Part shown: positions 48,383-58,176 of the stretch, one piece after another | Position numbering within the stretch: the stretch's first letter is position 1 | Layout of the letters: each line of letters opens with the position of its first letter | NCBI GenBank assembly: GCA_965228855.1 | Contig: CBDDIJ010000003.1 | Location: forward strand, 96,001-160,000 | Direction: 5' to 3' | Length of the DNA: 64,000 bases | Origin: Candidatus Obscuribacterales bacterium | GTDB lineage: Bacteria; Cyanobacteriota; Vampirovibrionia; Obscuribacterales; Obscuribacteraceae | Translations under genes and position numbers: made by a program | The notes under the pieces: model-generated | The model's input: only the letters and a program-made list of their open reading frames with translations | Told to the model about the DNA's origin: nothing | Database searches by the model: none

Positions 48383-48606
48383 GGCGTTAACCTCGTTGTG
48401 ACGCTGTTCTAAGAGATAATAGCAAATGGGTCGTCAAGTGAAGCCAGAATGGCGAAACAAATTTTCCACCTCCAATGTAACAAGATCTGATATCGTTTGT
48501 AGCTGTATTTGATCTATATCCTAGCAGTGCCGGGTGCCAAACCGCGCATTCTGTCCCAGAGCTTGCCAGGGTAAGTTCGTAACTTTAATTCGGAGTTTGG
48601 ACCATC

Positions 48607-51477
48607 ATGACGACCGCAAACAAAGAAGTGACCAATCGTTTGAAACAGCTCACCAAGCAAGGTCAGTCGATATGGCTGGATTTTATTCGTCGAAGTTTCG
48701 TGAGAAATGGAAGTTTAAAAAAGCTTGTGGATGACGATGGCTTGCGCGGCGTTACGTCCAACCCGTCGATTTTTGAAAAGGCGATCGCGGGAAGTGATGA
48801 CTACAAGGAGCAGATGGAAGAACTGCTTCAAGACCGCTCTCTTGACGCCAACGCAATTTATGAGAAGCTCGCGATCCAAGATATTCAGGAAGCTTGCGAC
48901 GTTTTGAAAACGGTTTACGAGGAAACCGCCGGGCGCGACGGCTATGTTTCCATGGAAGTTTCGCCGTTGCTGGCTTCCGACACCAGAGCGACAATCTCCG
49001 AAGCTCAGAAAATCTGGAAAGCCGTCCAGCGACCGAATTTGATGGTTAAAGTTCCGGCCACTCCCGAGGGAATTCCCGCGATCAAGGAACTGATTTCAGA
49101 AGGAATTAACATCAATGTGACTCTTCTATTCTCGGTCGATGCCTACAGCGATGTAGCTGAGGCCTATATCTCGGGTCTCGAAAAGCTTCATGAAAAGGGC
49201 GGCGACGTCAATATGGTTGCATCGGTCGCCAGTTTCTTCGTGAGCCGAATTGACTCTTTAGTGGATTCTCTGCTCAAAGATAAGATTAAGGTCGCTGAAG
49301 ACGACAAGGAGAAAGCGCGCTACGAAGCTCTTCTCGGCAAAACGGCGGTTGCTAATGCCAAGATGGCCTATCAGATTTACCGGCAGCTCTACACGTCCGA
49401 GCGGTGGAAAATTCTTGCCGGCGCCGGAGCTAGACCACAACGTCTGTTGTGGGCCAGCACCAGCACAAAGGATCCGGCATACCCGGATTGCCTGTACGTC
49501 GATGAGTTGATTGGAAATGAAACCGTTAACACGCTTCCGATGAATACCCTGGAGGCGTTTCGTGACCATGGAAAACCTGAAGAGACGCTGGAGAAGCGCC
49601 TCGATGAAGCTCAAAATGTTTTGGAGCAAATCGAGAGATACGGAATTTCCCTCACCGAAGTGACGGACCGACTACTTTCTGAAGGTGTTGAGCTTTTTGC
49701 CGTCGCGTTCAAAAAGCTGCTCGCCGCCGTCAACAAACAGCGAAGAGCTCACCATTCGCCGAAGAGCGATACGATGAGTTTCCGCCTGCCGGAAGACATG
49801 GCGAAAAATGTTGATGCTATGGTCGATGAATGGCAAGAAGCAGGTCGCATTCAAAAGCTCTGGAACAAAGACAAAGGACTCTGGACCGGCGCCGATGAGG
49901 CGAGTTGGATGGAGTGGCTCGACATTGTCGACGAGCAACTCAAGGACGCGGACAAGTTCGAGCATCTGGCTTCCGAAGTGAAGGAGAGCGCCTTCGAGCA
50001 TGCGGTCGTCCTGGGCATGGGCGGTTCGAGCCTGTGTCCTGAGGTTATGAGCTTGACGTTTGACCGAAGCGAAGGATTTCCGGAGTTGTCGATTCTGGAT
50101 TCAACCAATCCGGAACAGGTTCTGGCTAAAGATCATTCGCTCAATCTGGAAGAAACCCTGTTCATCGTCTCAAGCAAGTCGGGAACGACTCTTGAGCCCA
50201 ACATTTTTATGGAGTACTTCCTGAATCGAGTCAAAGAGAAAGTAGGGGAAGATAAGGCCGGATACCACTTTATTGCAGTCACCGACCCTGATTCAAAATT
50301 GGAATCATTCGCGAAGCAGGAAGGATTCCGAGAAATCTATTACGGCAAGACTGCCATCGGTGGTCGTTACTCAGCGCTGTCCGATTTCGGAATGATACCG
50401 TCGGCGGTGATGGGTCTCGACGTCCGGGAGTTTTTAAGTCGGGCTAGCGAGATGGTCGAAGCTTGTAAGAAGACCGAATCGGTCAAGGAAAACCCGGGCG
50501 TGATGCTCGGTGTAATTCTCGGCGTAGCGGCTTTAGCTGGACGTGATAAGCTCACCATCTTTACCTCAAAGGGCATTCATGATCTCGGCGCATGGCTCGA
50601 ACAACTGATCGCGGAGTCTACCGGCAAGGACGGAAAAGCCATTATCCCTCTAGACAGAGAATTGCTGGGCACGCCGACCGCATACGGTCATGATCGAGTC
50701 TTCGTTTACCTCAAGGTAGATGGAGAGAACGATAAGGTACAGGAAGAAGCTCTCAACGCGTTGGAAGAGATCGGTCATCCCGTCATACGAATTGTGCTCG
50801 ACGACAAAATGGCTCTCGGCGAAGAATTCTTCCGCTGGGAGATAGCCACCGCGGTCGCGGGCAGCATCATCGGTATCAATCCGTTCAACCAACCGGATGT
50901 AGAAGCCAGCAAAGTTGCTTCACGTGAACTGACTGATGAGTATGAGAAAAGCGGTTCCCTGCCTGCTGAGGAGCCCTTCTTCACCGATGCGAGCGTGAAA
51001 TTATTTACTGACTCCCGGAACCTGGAAGACCTTTCCAAGGCGGAGCAGAAATTAAGCGCGATTTTGAAAGCTCACTTCGCGCGTATCAAGGAGAACGATT
51101 ACTTCGCCGTGCTCGGTTACATTCAGATGAACGAGGAGCATGAGCGCATGTTGCAGAACATTCGTCATGCCGTGCGCGATTCGCGGAAGGTCGCAACCTG
51201 CCTTGGATTTGGCCCGCGTTTTCTCCACTCGACCGGTCAGGCCTACAAAGGTGGACCCAATACGGGGGTCTTCCTTCAGATCACTTGCGATCACGAAGAA
51301 GACGTTGCAGTGCCTGGTCATGAGTACACCTTTGGTGTCGTATGTGATGCTCAGGCACGGGGCGATCTCACTGTGCTATCAGAGAGAGAGCGCCGGCTGC
51401 TTCGCGTGCACCTGACAGGTAACGTCGACGAAGCTCTGAAACTTCTTACCCGTGCCGTCGGCGAAGCTCTGACGTAA
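48607..51477 (+). CDS. tal-pgi: Bifunctional transaldolase / glucose-6-phosphate isomerase
   Basis: SIWLD, GVTSNPSIF, NLMVKVPAT, RLLWAST; then GMGGSSL, SKSGTT, GGRYS, EQLIAESTGK, NPFNQPDV. Confidence 0.95.
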   Translation: MTTANKEVTNRLKQLTKQGQSIWLDFIRRSFVRNGSLKKLVDDDGLRGVTSNPSIFEKAIAGSDDYKEQMEELLQDRSLDANAIYEKLAIQDIQEACDVLKTVYEETAGRDGYVSMEVSPLLASDTRATISEAQKIWKAVQRPNLMVKVPATPEGIPAIKELISEGININVTLLFSVDAYSDVAEAYISGLEKLHEKGGDVNMVASVASFFVSRIDSLVDSLLKDKIKVAEDDKEKARYEALLGKTAVANAKMAYQIYRQLYTSERWKILAGAGARPQRLLWASTSTKDPAYPDCLYVDELIGNETVNTLPMNTLEAFRDHGKPEETLEKRLDEAQNVLEQIERYGISLTEVTDRLLSEGVELFAVAFKKLLAAVNKQRRAHHSPKSDTMSFRLPEDMAKNVDAMVDEWQEAGRIQKLWNKDKGLWTGADEASWMEWLDIVDEQLKDADKFEHLASEVKESAFEHAVVLGMGGSSLCPEVMSLTFDRSEGFPELSILDSTNPEQVLAKDHSLNLEETLFIVSSKSGTTLEPNIFMEYFLNRVKEKVGEDKAGYHFIAVTDPDSKLESFAKQEGFREIYYGKTAIGGRYSALSDFGMIPSAVMGLDVREFLSRASEMVEACKKTESVKENPGVMLGVILGVAALAGRDKLTIFTSKGIHDLGAWLEQLIAESTGKDGKAIIPLDRELLGTPTAYGHDRVFVYLKVDGENDKVQEEALNALEEIGHPVIRIVLDDKMALGEEFFRWEIATAVAGSIIGINPFNQPDVEASKVASRELTDEYEKSGSLPAEEPFFTDASVKLFTDSRNLEDLSKAEQKLSAILKAHFARIKENDYFAVLGYIQMNEEHERMLQNIRHAVRDSRKVATCLGFGPRFLHSTGQAYKGGPNTGVFLQITCDHEEDVAVPGHEYTFGVVCDAQARGDLTVLSERERRLLRVHLTGNVDEALKLLTRAVGEALT

Positions 51478-51558
51478 GCGAGGAGCATTTCTGATACGAA
51501 ACTTTTGGAAGGCGCAGTCGGTTTAACCGGATAGTCAAAGCGAAGGAGACGAAAGCGA

Positions 51559-52593
51559 GTGAAACTTCACGAAGAACACAAAACGATGATTCTTGCCGGC
51601 GACATTGGTGGCACGAAAACCAATTTAGGTCTATTCGTCGTGAAAGATCATCAGCTGCGTCCTGTGCTGGAAGAGCATTTTGCAAGTCAGGAATTTCCGG
51701 AACTAGAGATGCTTGTTCAAACGTTTCTGGACAAGCATGAGGTCAACATTCAATATGCGTGCCTCAGTATTGCAGGTCCGGTTATCGACAATCGTTGCAA
51801 AACAACCAATCTTCCATGGACTGTGGACGCCGATGAAATGTGCCGTCGTCACAGTTTTGAAAAGGTCTGGTTGATTAATGACCTCGAAGGTAATGCGCAT
51901 GGTATCACGCATCTTCGTGATGAAGAATTCGAAGTCCTGCATGCGCCGGAGACTCCTGTTCATGGAAATGCGTGCGTGGTCTCTGCCGGTACCGGACTCG
52001 GTGAAGCCGGTCTGTTTTGGAACGGTGATGGCTACATACCATTTGCATGCGAGGGCGGTCACACCGACTTCGCGCCGCGCAGCGATGAAGAAATCGAGTT
52101 ATTCAAATACTTGCGCCGCGATCACCAGCACGTGAGTTATGAACGCGTTTTATCCGGCATGGGACTCTACGCGATCTACTCGTTCCTCCGCGATACTAAT
52201 CGCTATTCGGAACCGGAGTGGGTGGCGGATGAACTGGCGGCTGTGGACGATCCCGCTGCTGCAATTTCGATGTTCGGAATGCAGGAGAAAGCTGAAATTT
52301 GCGTCAAAGCGCTCGATATGTTTATCGACATATATGGAAGCGAGTGTGGCAATGCCGCACTTAAATTCATGGCGTTCGGAGGTGTCTTCATCGGTGGTGG
52401 CATCGCTCCCAAGATTCGGGAACGGATGAAAGGACCGAGATTCATCGAATCGTTCTTGAATAAAGGCAGAATGCGGGCCATCCTCGAGAAGATGCCGGTG
52501 AAGATTATTTTGAATAATAAAACAGCTCTGCTTGGTGCCGCGCGCTGCGCGATGCTCAAGTCCGGGCAATTGCCTTCGAGAGTGACGGTTTAG
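51559..52593 (+). CDS. glk: Glucokinase
   Basis: LAGDIGGT, LINDL, GTGLGEA, EGGH, GGIAPK, KGRM. Confidence 0.95.
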   Translation: MKLHEEHKTMILAGDIGGTKTNLGLFVVKDHQLRPVLEEHFASQEFPELEMLVQTFLDKHEVNIQYACLSIAGPVIDNRCKTTNLPWTVDADEMCRRHSFEKVWLINDLEGNAHGITHLRDEEFEVLHAPETPVHGNACVVSAGTGLGEAGLFWNGDGYIPFACEGGHTDFAPRSDEEIELFKYLRRDHQHVSYERVLSGMGLYAIYSFLRDTNRYSEPEWVADELAAVDDPAAAISMFGMQEKAEICVKALDMFIDIYGSECGNAALKFMAFGGVFIGGGIAPKIRERMKGPRFIESFLNKGRMRAILEKMPVKIILNNKTALLGAARCAMLKSGQLPSRVTV

Positions 52594-52615
52594 AGCTGTT
52601 TCTCAACAAGCAATC

Positions 52616-52666
52616 GGTCCGGGTTGCGTGGACCCGGACCAATTATTTTGTTTGTTTGTTTGTTTG
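52616..52666 (+). terminator. Terminator hairpin followed by (TTTG)5
   Basis: GGTCCGGGTT-GCGTG-GACCCGGACC, then AATTAT(TTTG)5. Confidence 0.7.
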
Positions 52667-52683
52667 TTGAGGAGGAAAACCTG

Positions 52684-54177
52684 TTATTTCTTCTTTTTGT
52701 TTTTCTTAGAGTTGGTCTTGCGGGTGGACCGTTTGTTCGCAAGTCCTTTGCTCGAATTCTTTTGCGGTTTGTCAGCAAAATATTCGCCCTTCAAGTCGAA
52801 TGTCGGTTTTGGAGCTGCGGCTTTCTTTGCGTTGTATATCAAAGTTTCATTTGCAAAGATGTTTGCAGGTGGTGCTTCGACTTGTGCGGTTTGAGTGTTT
52901 TGCACCACAGGCGGTATCGAGTCATCGATCGCTTTGAAGGGCGAGACAGTCTTCACTTCTTGCTCTGCCGCGAGAATAACCGGCTCAACTGCAATGGGGG
53001 CGTTTTTCAAAGCTGTCGAGTATTCTCCGGATTGATTCATCAACGATTGGAGGCTGGGAACGCTATCAGTGCGAGTCTCTTCCGTAGAATTCGTGGCTGC
53101 TGATGCCTGATTTGGCATTTGCATGGGAACCGCAACCGGCGCCGACTGATAGTTGCTAGAAATCGTGATTGAATACGATTGGGTTTCAGGCATGAGCGGC
53201 TTGGAAACGGGCGCTGCTGCAGGTTGGGAGAATTGCGTAACTGGAGAATCGTTGACGGTTTTCCAGCTGTCTCTTTTCTTTTTGATCTCGAATTTGCTCT
53301 GAATCGGTTCGGCAAGATTGAAACCTGACTTCGCATCAAAGTCGCTTGAGAGGCTGTCGCTGGTCCGACCTTCGTTGAGCCAGGGATCGACTTCCAGAAG
53401 ATCGAAATTCGCATTTCGTTCATCGTCCGATTTGCTCGGCGACAACATCTCTTGTGTGGCTCCGAGCAGCAAGCGCAGCAATTCCGCGGATGCTACTTCA
53501 AGCATCTCACCGGTGAGCGCACCGGTTTCTGAAATCCAGAAGACGCCCTTCTGAGAGTTCACCTGCGCCTTCCATTCGACTACCGGCGTATATGGTTCCA
53601 AATCAGTCAACGCGCCGATATTGTCTGTGGGAAGAAGATAGAATGCGATGGTATCTTGTCTTCCGTCGACGAGAAGTCGGAACAGCTTGGTCGAAAGGCT
53701 GCATTGAACATACGGCATTGTTTCATCATTATTGACGCGCCCGGCGACTTCGGGCTCGCTCGCCGTGATGAAGAGCTCGCTCAGACCGAGTAGCGTGTTC
53801 AATTCTGTGGAGAAGGCCAGAAGCGTTTTAAACGTGCGATGCATGAGGTCGCGAATAGCCTTCGAGAATAGCCTGTTTTCTTCCGAAGTCTTTTGGGTTT
53901 CCTTGCGGCGGCGGTCTAAAAACTGCATTGCATCTTGAGCCAAGTCCGCGATTAAGTCCTGGCGCGACCCCTGATAACGAGCTTTATGCAATTGAAGAAT
54001 CTTGTCGGACAGCAAACTGCGATCCTTGCCGCCAACCTGGAGTTCCTGTTGGTGCTTCTGGCGGTCTGCGGAGGTGCTGAAGTAGTCCAGTATTCTCCAT
54101 CGATAGCAAAAGTAATTGTTCTTGGGAAACTTCTGACGATTAGTAACTTCCGTAAGCTCATTGGAATTTTTCAACAT
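52684..54177 (-). CDS. Hypothetical protein (folded N-terminal half, disordered C-terminal half, basic tail); start uncertain
   Basis: 497-aa ORF filling the gap; no motif recognised. Confidence 0.7.
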   Translation of the reverse strand: MLKNSNELTEVTNRQKFPKNNYFCYRWRILDYFSTSADRQKHQQELQVGGKDRSLLSDKILQLHKARYQGSRQDLIADLAQDAMQFLDRRRKETQKTSEENRLFSKAIRDLMHRTFKTLLAFSTELNTLLGLSELFITASEPEVAGRVNNDETMPYVQCSLSTKLFRLLVDGRQDTIAFYLLPTDNIGALTDLEPYTPVVEWKAQVNSQKGVFWISETGALTGEMLEVASAELLRLLLGATQEMLSPSKSDDERNANFDLLEVDPWLNEGRTSDSLSSDFDAKSGFNLAEPIQSKFEIKKKRDSWKTVNDSPVTQFSQPAAAPVSKPLMPETQSYSITISSNYQSAPVAVPMQMPNQASAATNSTEETRTDSVPSLQSLMNQSGEYSTALKNAPIAVEPVILAAEQEVKTVSPFKAIDDSIPPVVQNTQTAQVEAPPANIFANETLIYNAKKAAAPKPTFDLKGEYFADKPQKNSSKGLANKRSTRKTNSKKNKKKK

Positions 54178-54430
54178 GCAAAACCTCCAACAGCCGGTCC
54201 AGGGCTGCTTGCCATATTCAAACGGTCAACAAACAAACTATCTAAGGTGAGACTGGACTAGCTCGGTCGCTCTTCTAAATAAGATTGCTCGATTTGCCTG
54301 CCTCACAATTCAATCCTAGCCAAAATCCCGCAGGGCGTAAATCCGCAGTACTGTATCCGCAAAAGTGCGTATACAAAAATGAGCGGTTTCGGCGGACCTA
54401 AAACCTGTTTCCCTGGTAAGCTGCCGCCCG

Positions 54431-56134
54431 TCAGCTTTTCTCGCTGGGTTTCGATGGGTCGAGCGCAACGTTTATGGCTGGCCCGTCCTCGATTGCTCCG
54501 TCGGTTGCTGAACCCAGCATGGTTTCCGTATTCGCTGACGCCTCGTCCGCTGGTGCGACCAGCAGGTCTTCCACCGCTTTGGCGTCCGCCGAATCGGTGG
54601 AGCGAGCCATCGTGTCCCTTTTTAAGGCCTCGTATTTTTCATCGATCCTATGCCTGAAGTCTTCCAGCGAAGCTTTGCTCACCTTATCTTGTCGGGCAAG
54701 AAGATTTAAACAGTCGCGCTGCGCTTGAATCAAGGCTCTCTCGATTTGGATGCGCTCGATATCGGCGACGCTTATGTCTTCTTCTCGGAGTTTGAATACC
54801 AGCATCTCGGCTTCGGCGATTTTGTGCTCAAGCGACTGCTTTTCCTTCAAGAAGTCTTCTTTTCGCATTTTTGCGCTCTGAAGTCTTTCGAGTTGCAGGC
54901 GATAGTGTTTCAACTCTTCGTTCAGAGCCAGGTACTTCAAATCGCTGGTCTTCGCCTTACTTACTTTGAGGAGGTTTACCAGCGGCTCGAAGGATAAACC
55001 TTGTACAAAAAGGGTGAATAACGCAACACCGAATGTGGTGACCATGAGCGATTCACGCATCGGGAAATTGCTGGGTAAGCTAAGCGCCATCGCCATACAT
55101 AACGAGCCCCGCAGCCCGCCCCAGAAGAGCAAGTGCCGCCAACTTCCTGGAATAGGTTGTTTTGACGTTGATACGAACGGTGCCAGACCGTAGATGACCA
55201 CAAAGCGTCCGGCCAGAATTGCTATGATGGCGACGCCGATTTGAGGTGCATATTTGATTAGAAGATTAATCTCAATCTGTAAGCCAATGAGTAGAAACAC
55301 CAGCGACTCGGCAATAAATGCTGCATATTCCCAGAAGGAGTCCACTGCCAACCGCGTGGTCGGTGACATATGAGTTCGGCTGCCGTAGTTGCCCATAATG
55401 ATGCCGGCGACCAGCACAGCCATAACACCTGACACGTGAAAGTGCTCCGCACCTACGAAGGCTCCGTATGCGGAGACGATAGTCAACGTGATTTCTAGCA
55501 AATGGTCGTCGAAAAAGCGCGTGAGCCATGAAGCAAATGCACCAACAGCGATACCAAGGCCGACCCCACCAAAGGTGACAAGGGTAAACTGAACGAGGAT
55601 GTCCGTCGGGGATAAGGCACCGCCGGCGATGGCTGAAGCCATGAGAATCCGGAAGAGCACCACCGCAGTACCGTCATTCAGCAGGCTCTCGCCTTCGAGG
55701 ATTGTGACCAGGCGCTTTTCGATACCCATCTTCTTGAAAAACGCCAGAACCGATATCGGGTCTGTCGCGCTGATCATGGCGCCGAACATTAGCGCGATGA
55801 GCAAATCCAGCTGCGCAAGGAAGTGAATTACATAACCTACGACTATCGTGGAGATAAACACGCCGATAGTCGCGAACGCAAGCACAGGCTTATAGCATTT
55901 TTTCAGAACGTGAAGGTTGAGATTCCATGATGCTTCAAACAGCAATGCCGGAAGAAATACCATAAGAATAATTTCCGGTGTCATATGAACTTCCGGAAGT
56001 AAATGAAACACGCCGATCATTAGACCGGCAACGACAAGCGCGATGGAGTAGGGCAGCCGTATCCACTTCACCGCAATGGCAACGCATGCGGCTACAAGGG
56101 TCAGAACTAACAGAACGTGCGTGTTTAAATGCAA
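54431..56134 (-). CDS. CPA1-family Na+/H+ antiporter with C-terminal coiled-coil domain
   Basis: FLPALLFEA, ATDPISV, EGESLLNDG, WGGLRGSL, plus a ~170-aa soluble tail. Confidence 0.92.
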   Translation of the reverse strand: MHLNTHVLLVLTLVAACVAIAVKWIRLPYSIALVVAGLMIGVFHLLPEVHMTPEIILMVFLPALLFEASWNLNLHVLKKCYKPVLAFATIGVFISTIVVGYVIHFLAQLDLLIALMFGAMISATDPISVLAFFKKMGIEKRLVTILEGESLLNDGTAVVLFRILMASAIAGGALSPTDILVQFTLVTFGGVGLGIAVGAFASWLTRFFDDHLLEITLTIVSAYGAFVGAEHFHVSGVMAVLVAGIIMGNYGSRTHMSPTTRLAVDSFWEYAAFIAESLVFLLIGLQIEINLLIKYAPQIGVAIIAILAGRFVVIYGLAPFVSTSKQPIPGSWRHLLFWGGLRGSLCMAMALSLPSNFPMRESLMVTTFGVALFTLFVQGLSFEPLVNLLKVSKAKTSDLKYLALNEELKHYRLQLERLQSAKMRKEDFLKEKQSLEHKIAEAEMLVFKLREEDISVADIERIQIERALIQAQRDCLNLLARQDKVSKASLEDFRHRIDEKYEALKRDTMARSTDSADAKAVEDLLVAPADEASANTETMLGSATDGAIEDGPAINVALDPSKPSEKS

Positions 56135-56147
56135 ATCGAAACCTACC

Positions 56148-57536
56148 TCACCGAGCGCTGCCCATTAGCTTCCGAACAGTAGGTACCAAAAGGAACAGCA
56201 CAATGGTGCCTACAAATGCTGCTGCGGCCATTGAGCCGAACAATGTCGACATGCCGCTAAGATTCTTTTCGTCGAAAAATCCACCGACGTAACCCGCCAG
56301 TCCGTTTCCGAGCGCCATCCCGATAAACCAGGCGCCCATTGTTATACCCACTAGCCTCGCCGGCGCGAGTTTCGTTACCGTGCTCAAACCGACCGGGCTT
56401 AAACAGAGTTCGCCCATATCTTGCAGCAAGAAAACAGCGATCAGCCAGAGCGGGCTGACTTTCCCCTGGGCTGCCAACACTGAAGCCGGCACCATAAGAG
56501 CGATCCCAAGTCCAAGCAGCATTAGACCGATTGCGAACTTGGCCGGCGCTGATGGCTGTTTATCGCCGAGCTTCAGCCAGAGTATCGAGAAGAGTGGCGC
56601 GAAAATAATCACGAAGGTGGCTTGGAACGTCTGAAGCCAGCTTGAAGGAAATGCCCAGCCACCAATGGTAGTGTCAGTGCATTTGTCTGCGAATATGTTT
56701 AAACTGCTCCCGCCCTGTTCATATATAGCCCAGAACAAGATGTTAAACACGAAGAGAACAGCGATGGCGCCCAGACGTTTCACTTCAACAGGCGTTAACG
56801 CTTCATTAGCGTTCTTGCCGTCGTTCGTCTCAGATTCCTTTTTCTGAGGACGTAAACCCGCTGTGCCTAGCTGTTTCCACTGAATCACATAATGAATCAG
56901 ACCGATCATCATGCCAACGCCGGCAGCTCCGAATCCCCAGTGCCAGCTGTGGTGTTCTGACAAGCCGACGGACGTGAGCCATGCTTTGAACTCGGTTCCC
57001 TGCGCAAGATATCCGCACACCAGGGGCGAAAGCATCGCGCCGATATTGATGCCCATGTAAAAGATTGAGAAACCGCCATCGCGTCGAGGGTCTCCCTCTT
57101 TGTAGAGCATCCCCAGCATTCCGCTTATGTTTGGCTTAAGCAGACCTGTTCCCACCACGATCAAACCCATGCCACCGTAAAACGTTGCCAGTGATGGAAA
57201 TGCGATGGTGAAGTGACCTAGAGCGATGATTATGCCGCCGATTAAAACTGCCCAGCGGGCCCCGAGGATTTTATCCGCGATCAGTCCACCCGGCAAGGAG
57301 CTCAAGTAGACGAGCATGGTGTACCAGCCGTAAATCTCACCGGCATTTTTGTTTGACATGCCGAGACCGCCTTCGCTGACGGCTGCCACCATATATAGCA
57401 CCAGAATGGCGCGCATTCCGTAATAGCTGAAGCGCTCCCACATCTCGGTGAAAAACAGATTCACCAGACCAACGGGATGACCGGCAAACGTTTTTTCGTG
57501 GTCTGCCAATGGCAATGTAGTTTCGCTGACAGTCAT
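56148..57536 (-). CDS. POT-family proton-dependent di/tripeptide transporter
   Basis: EMWERFSYYGMR, GTGLLKPN, FSIFYMGINIG, GELCLSPVG. Confidence 0.95.
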   Translation of the reverse strand: MTVSETTLPLADHEKTFAGHPVGLVNLFFTEMWERFSYYGMRAILVLYMVAAVSEGGLGMSNKNAGEIYGWYTMLVYLSSLPGGLIADKILGARWAVLIGGIIIALGHFTIAFPSLATFYGGMGLIVVGTGLLKPNISGMLGMLYKEGDPRRDGGFSIFYMGINIGAMLSPLVCGYLAQGTEFKAWLTSVGLSEHHSWHWGFGAAGVGMMIGLIHYVIQWKQLGTAGLRPQKKESETNDGKNANEALTPVEVKRLGAIAVLFVFNILFWAIYEQGGSSLNIFADKCTDTTIGGWAFPSSWLQTFQATFVIIFAPLFSILWLKLGDKQPSAPAKFAIGLMLLGLGIALMVPASVLAAQGKVSPLWLIAVFLLQDMGELCLSPVGLSTVTKLAPARLVGITMGAWFIGMALGNGLAGYVGGFFDEKNLSGMSTLFGSMAAAAFVGTIVLFLLVPTVRKLMGSAR

Positions 57537-57667
57537 TAAAAGTTCGCCGGACTACTTGAAAACACGGCTAAATTCCCCAGGCGATGAGTTCTGGCAGTTT
57601 ATCATTTTAAGTATCTGTATCGCATGAAGTGGCGACGTTCTAGTGGCCGATTGGATAGAATGTTGAG

Positions 57668-58102
57668 ATGAAAAACGCAAGTTTTGAAATTCTCGATCAT
57701 CCCGCTGATATGGGCTTTCGCGCCTGGGCGCCATCCAAGGAGGCGCTGTTCGAAACGGCAGCAACTGCCGTTACTTCCATTCTTGTAGATCTTGATGATA
57801 TCGACGAATCGACCACTGTTGAAATCTCTGTTGAGGCGGAAGATGAAGATTTGCTTCTCTACAATTGGCTTTCCGAAGTATTGTTTTGGTTCGATGCTGA
57901 AGGCGTATTGTTGAAAACATTCGAAATCAACGAGTTCATGACATCGGGAGACAAAATGAAGGTCGTCTCAACGGCTGCGGGGCAAAGGTACTCCAGTGAA
58001 AGACATGAGATCAAAACCTACGTTAAGGCAATAACACTTCACCAACTGCAAATTATGCGCAAGGAGGAAAAATTTGAAGCACAGGTTTACCTCGACATTT
58101 AA
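57668..58102 (+). CDS. Archease
   Basis: FEILDHPAD at the N-terminus, VKAITLH, C-terminal LDI; adjacent to rtcB. Confidence 0.92.
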   Translation: MKNASFEILDHPADMGFRAWAPSKEALFETAATAVTSILVDLDDIDESTTVEISVEAEDEDLLLYNWLSEVLFWFDAEGVLLKTFEINEFMTSGDKMKVVSTAAGQRYSSERHEIKTYVKAITLHQLQIMRKEEKFEAQVYLDI

Positions 58103-58176
58103 ACGCGCTATAGATCAAAAGCGGCTTGAAGTTGAAGCATCAGCAGACGGTCGCGTTCAGGAGTAAGACGGTTCGA

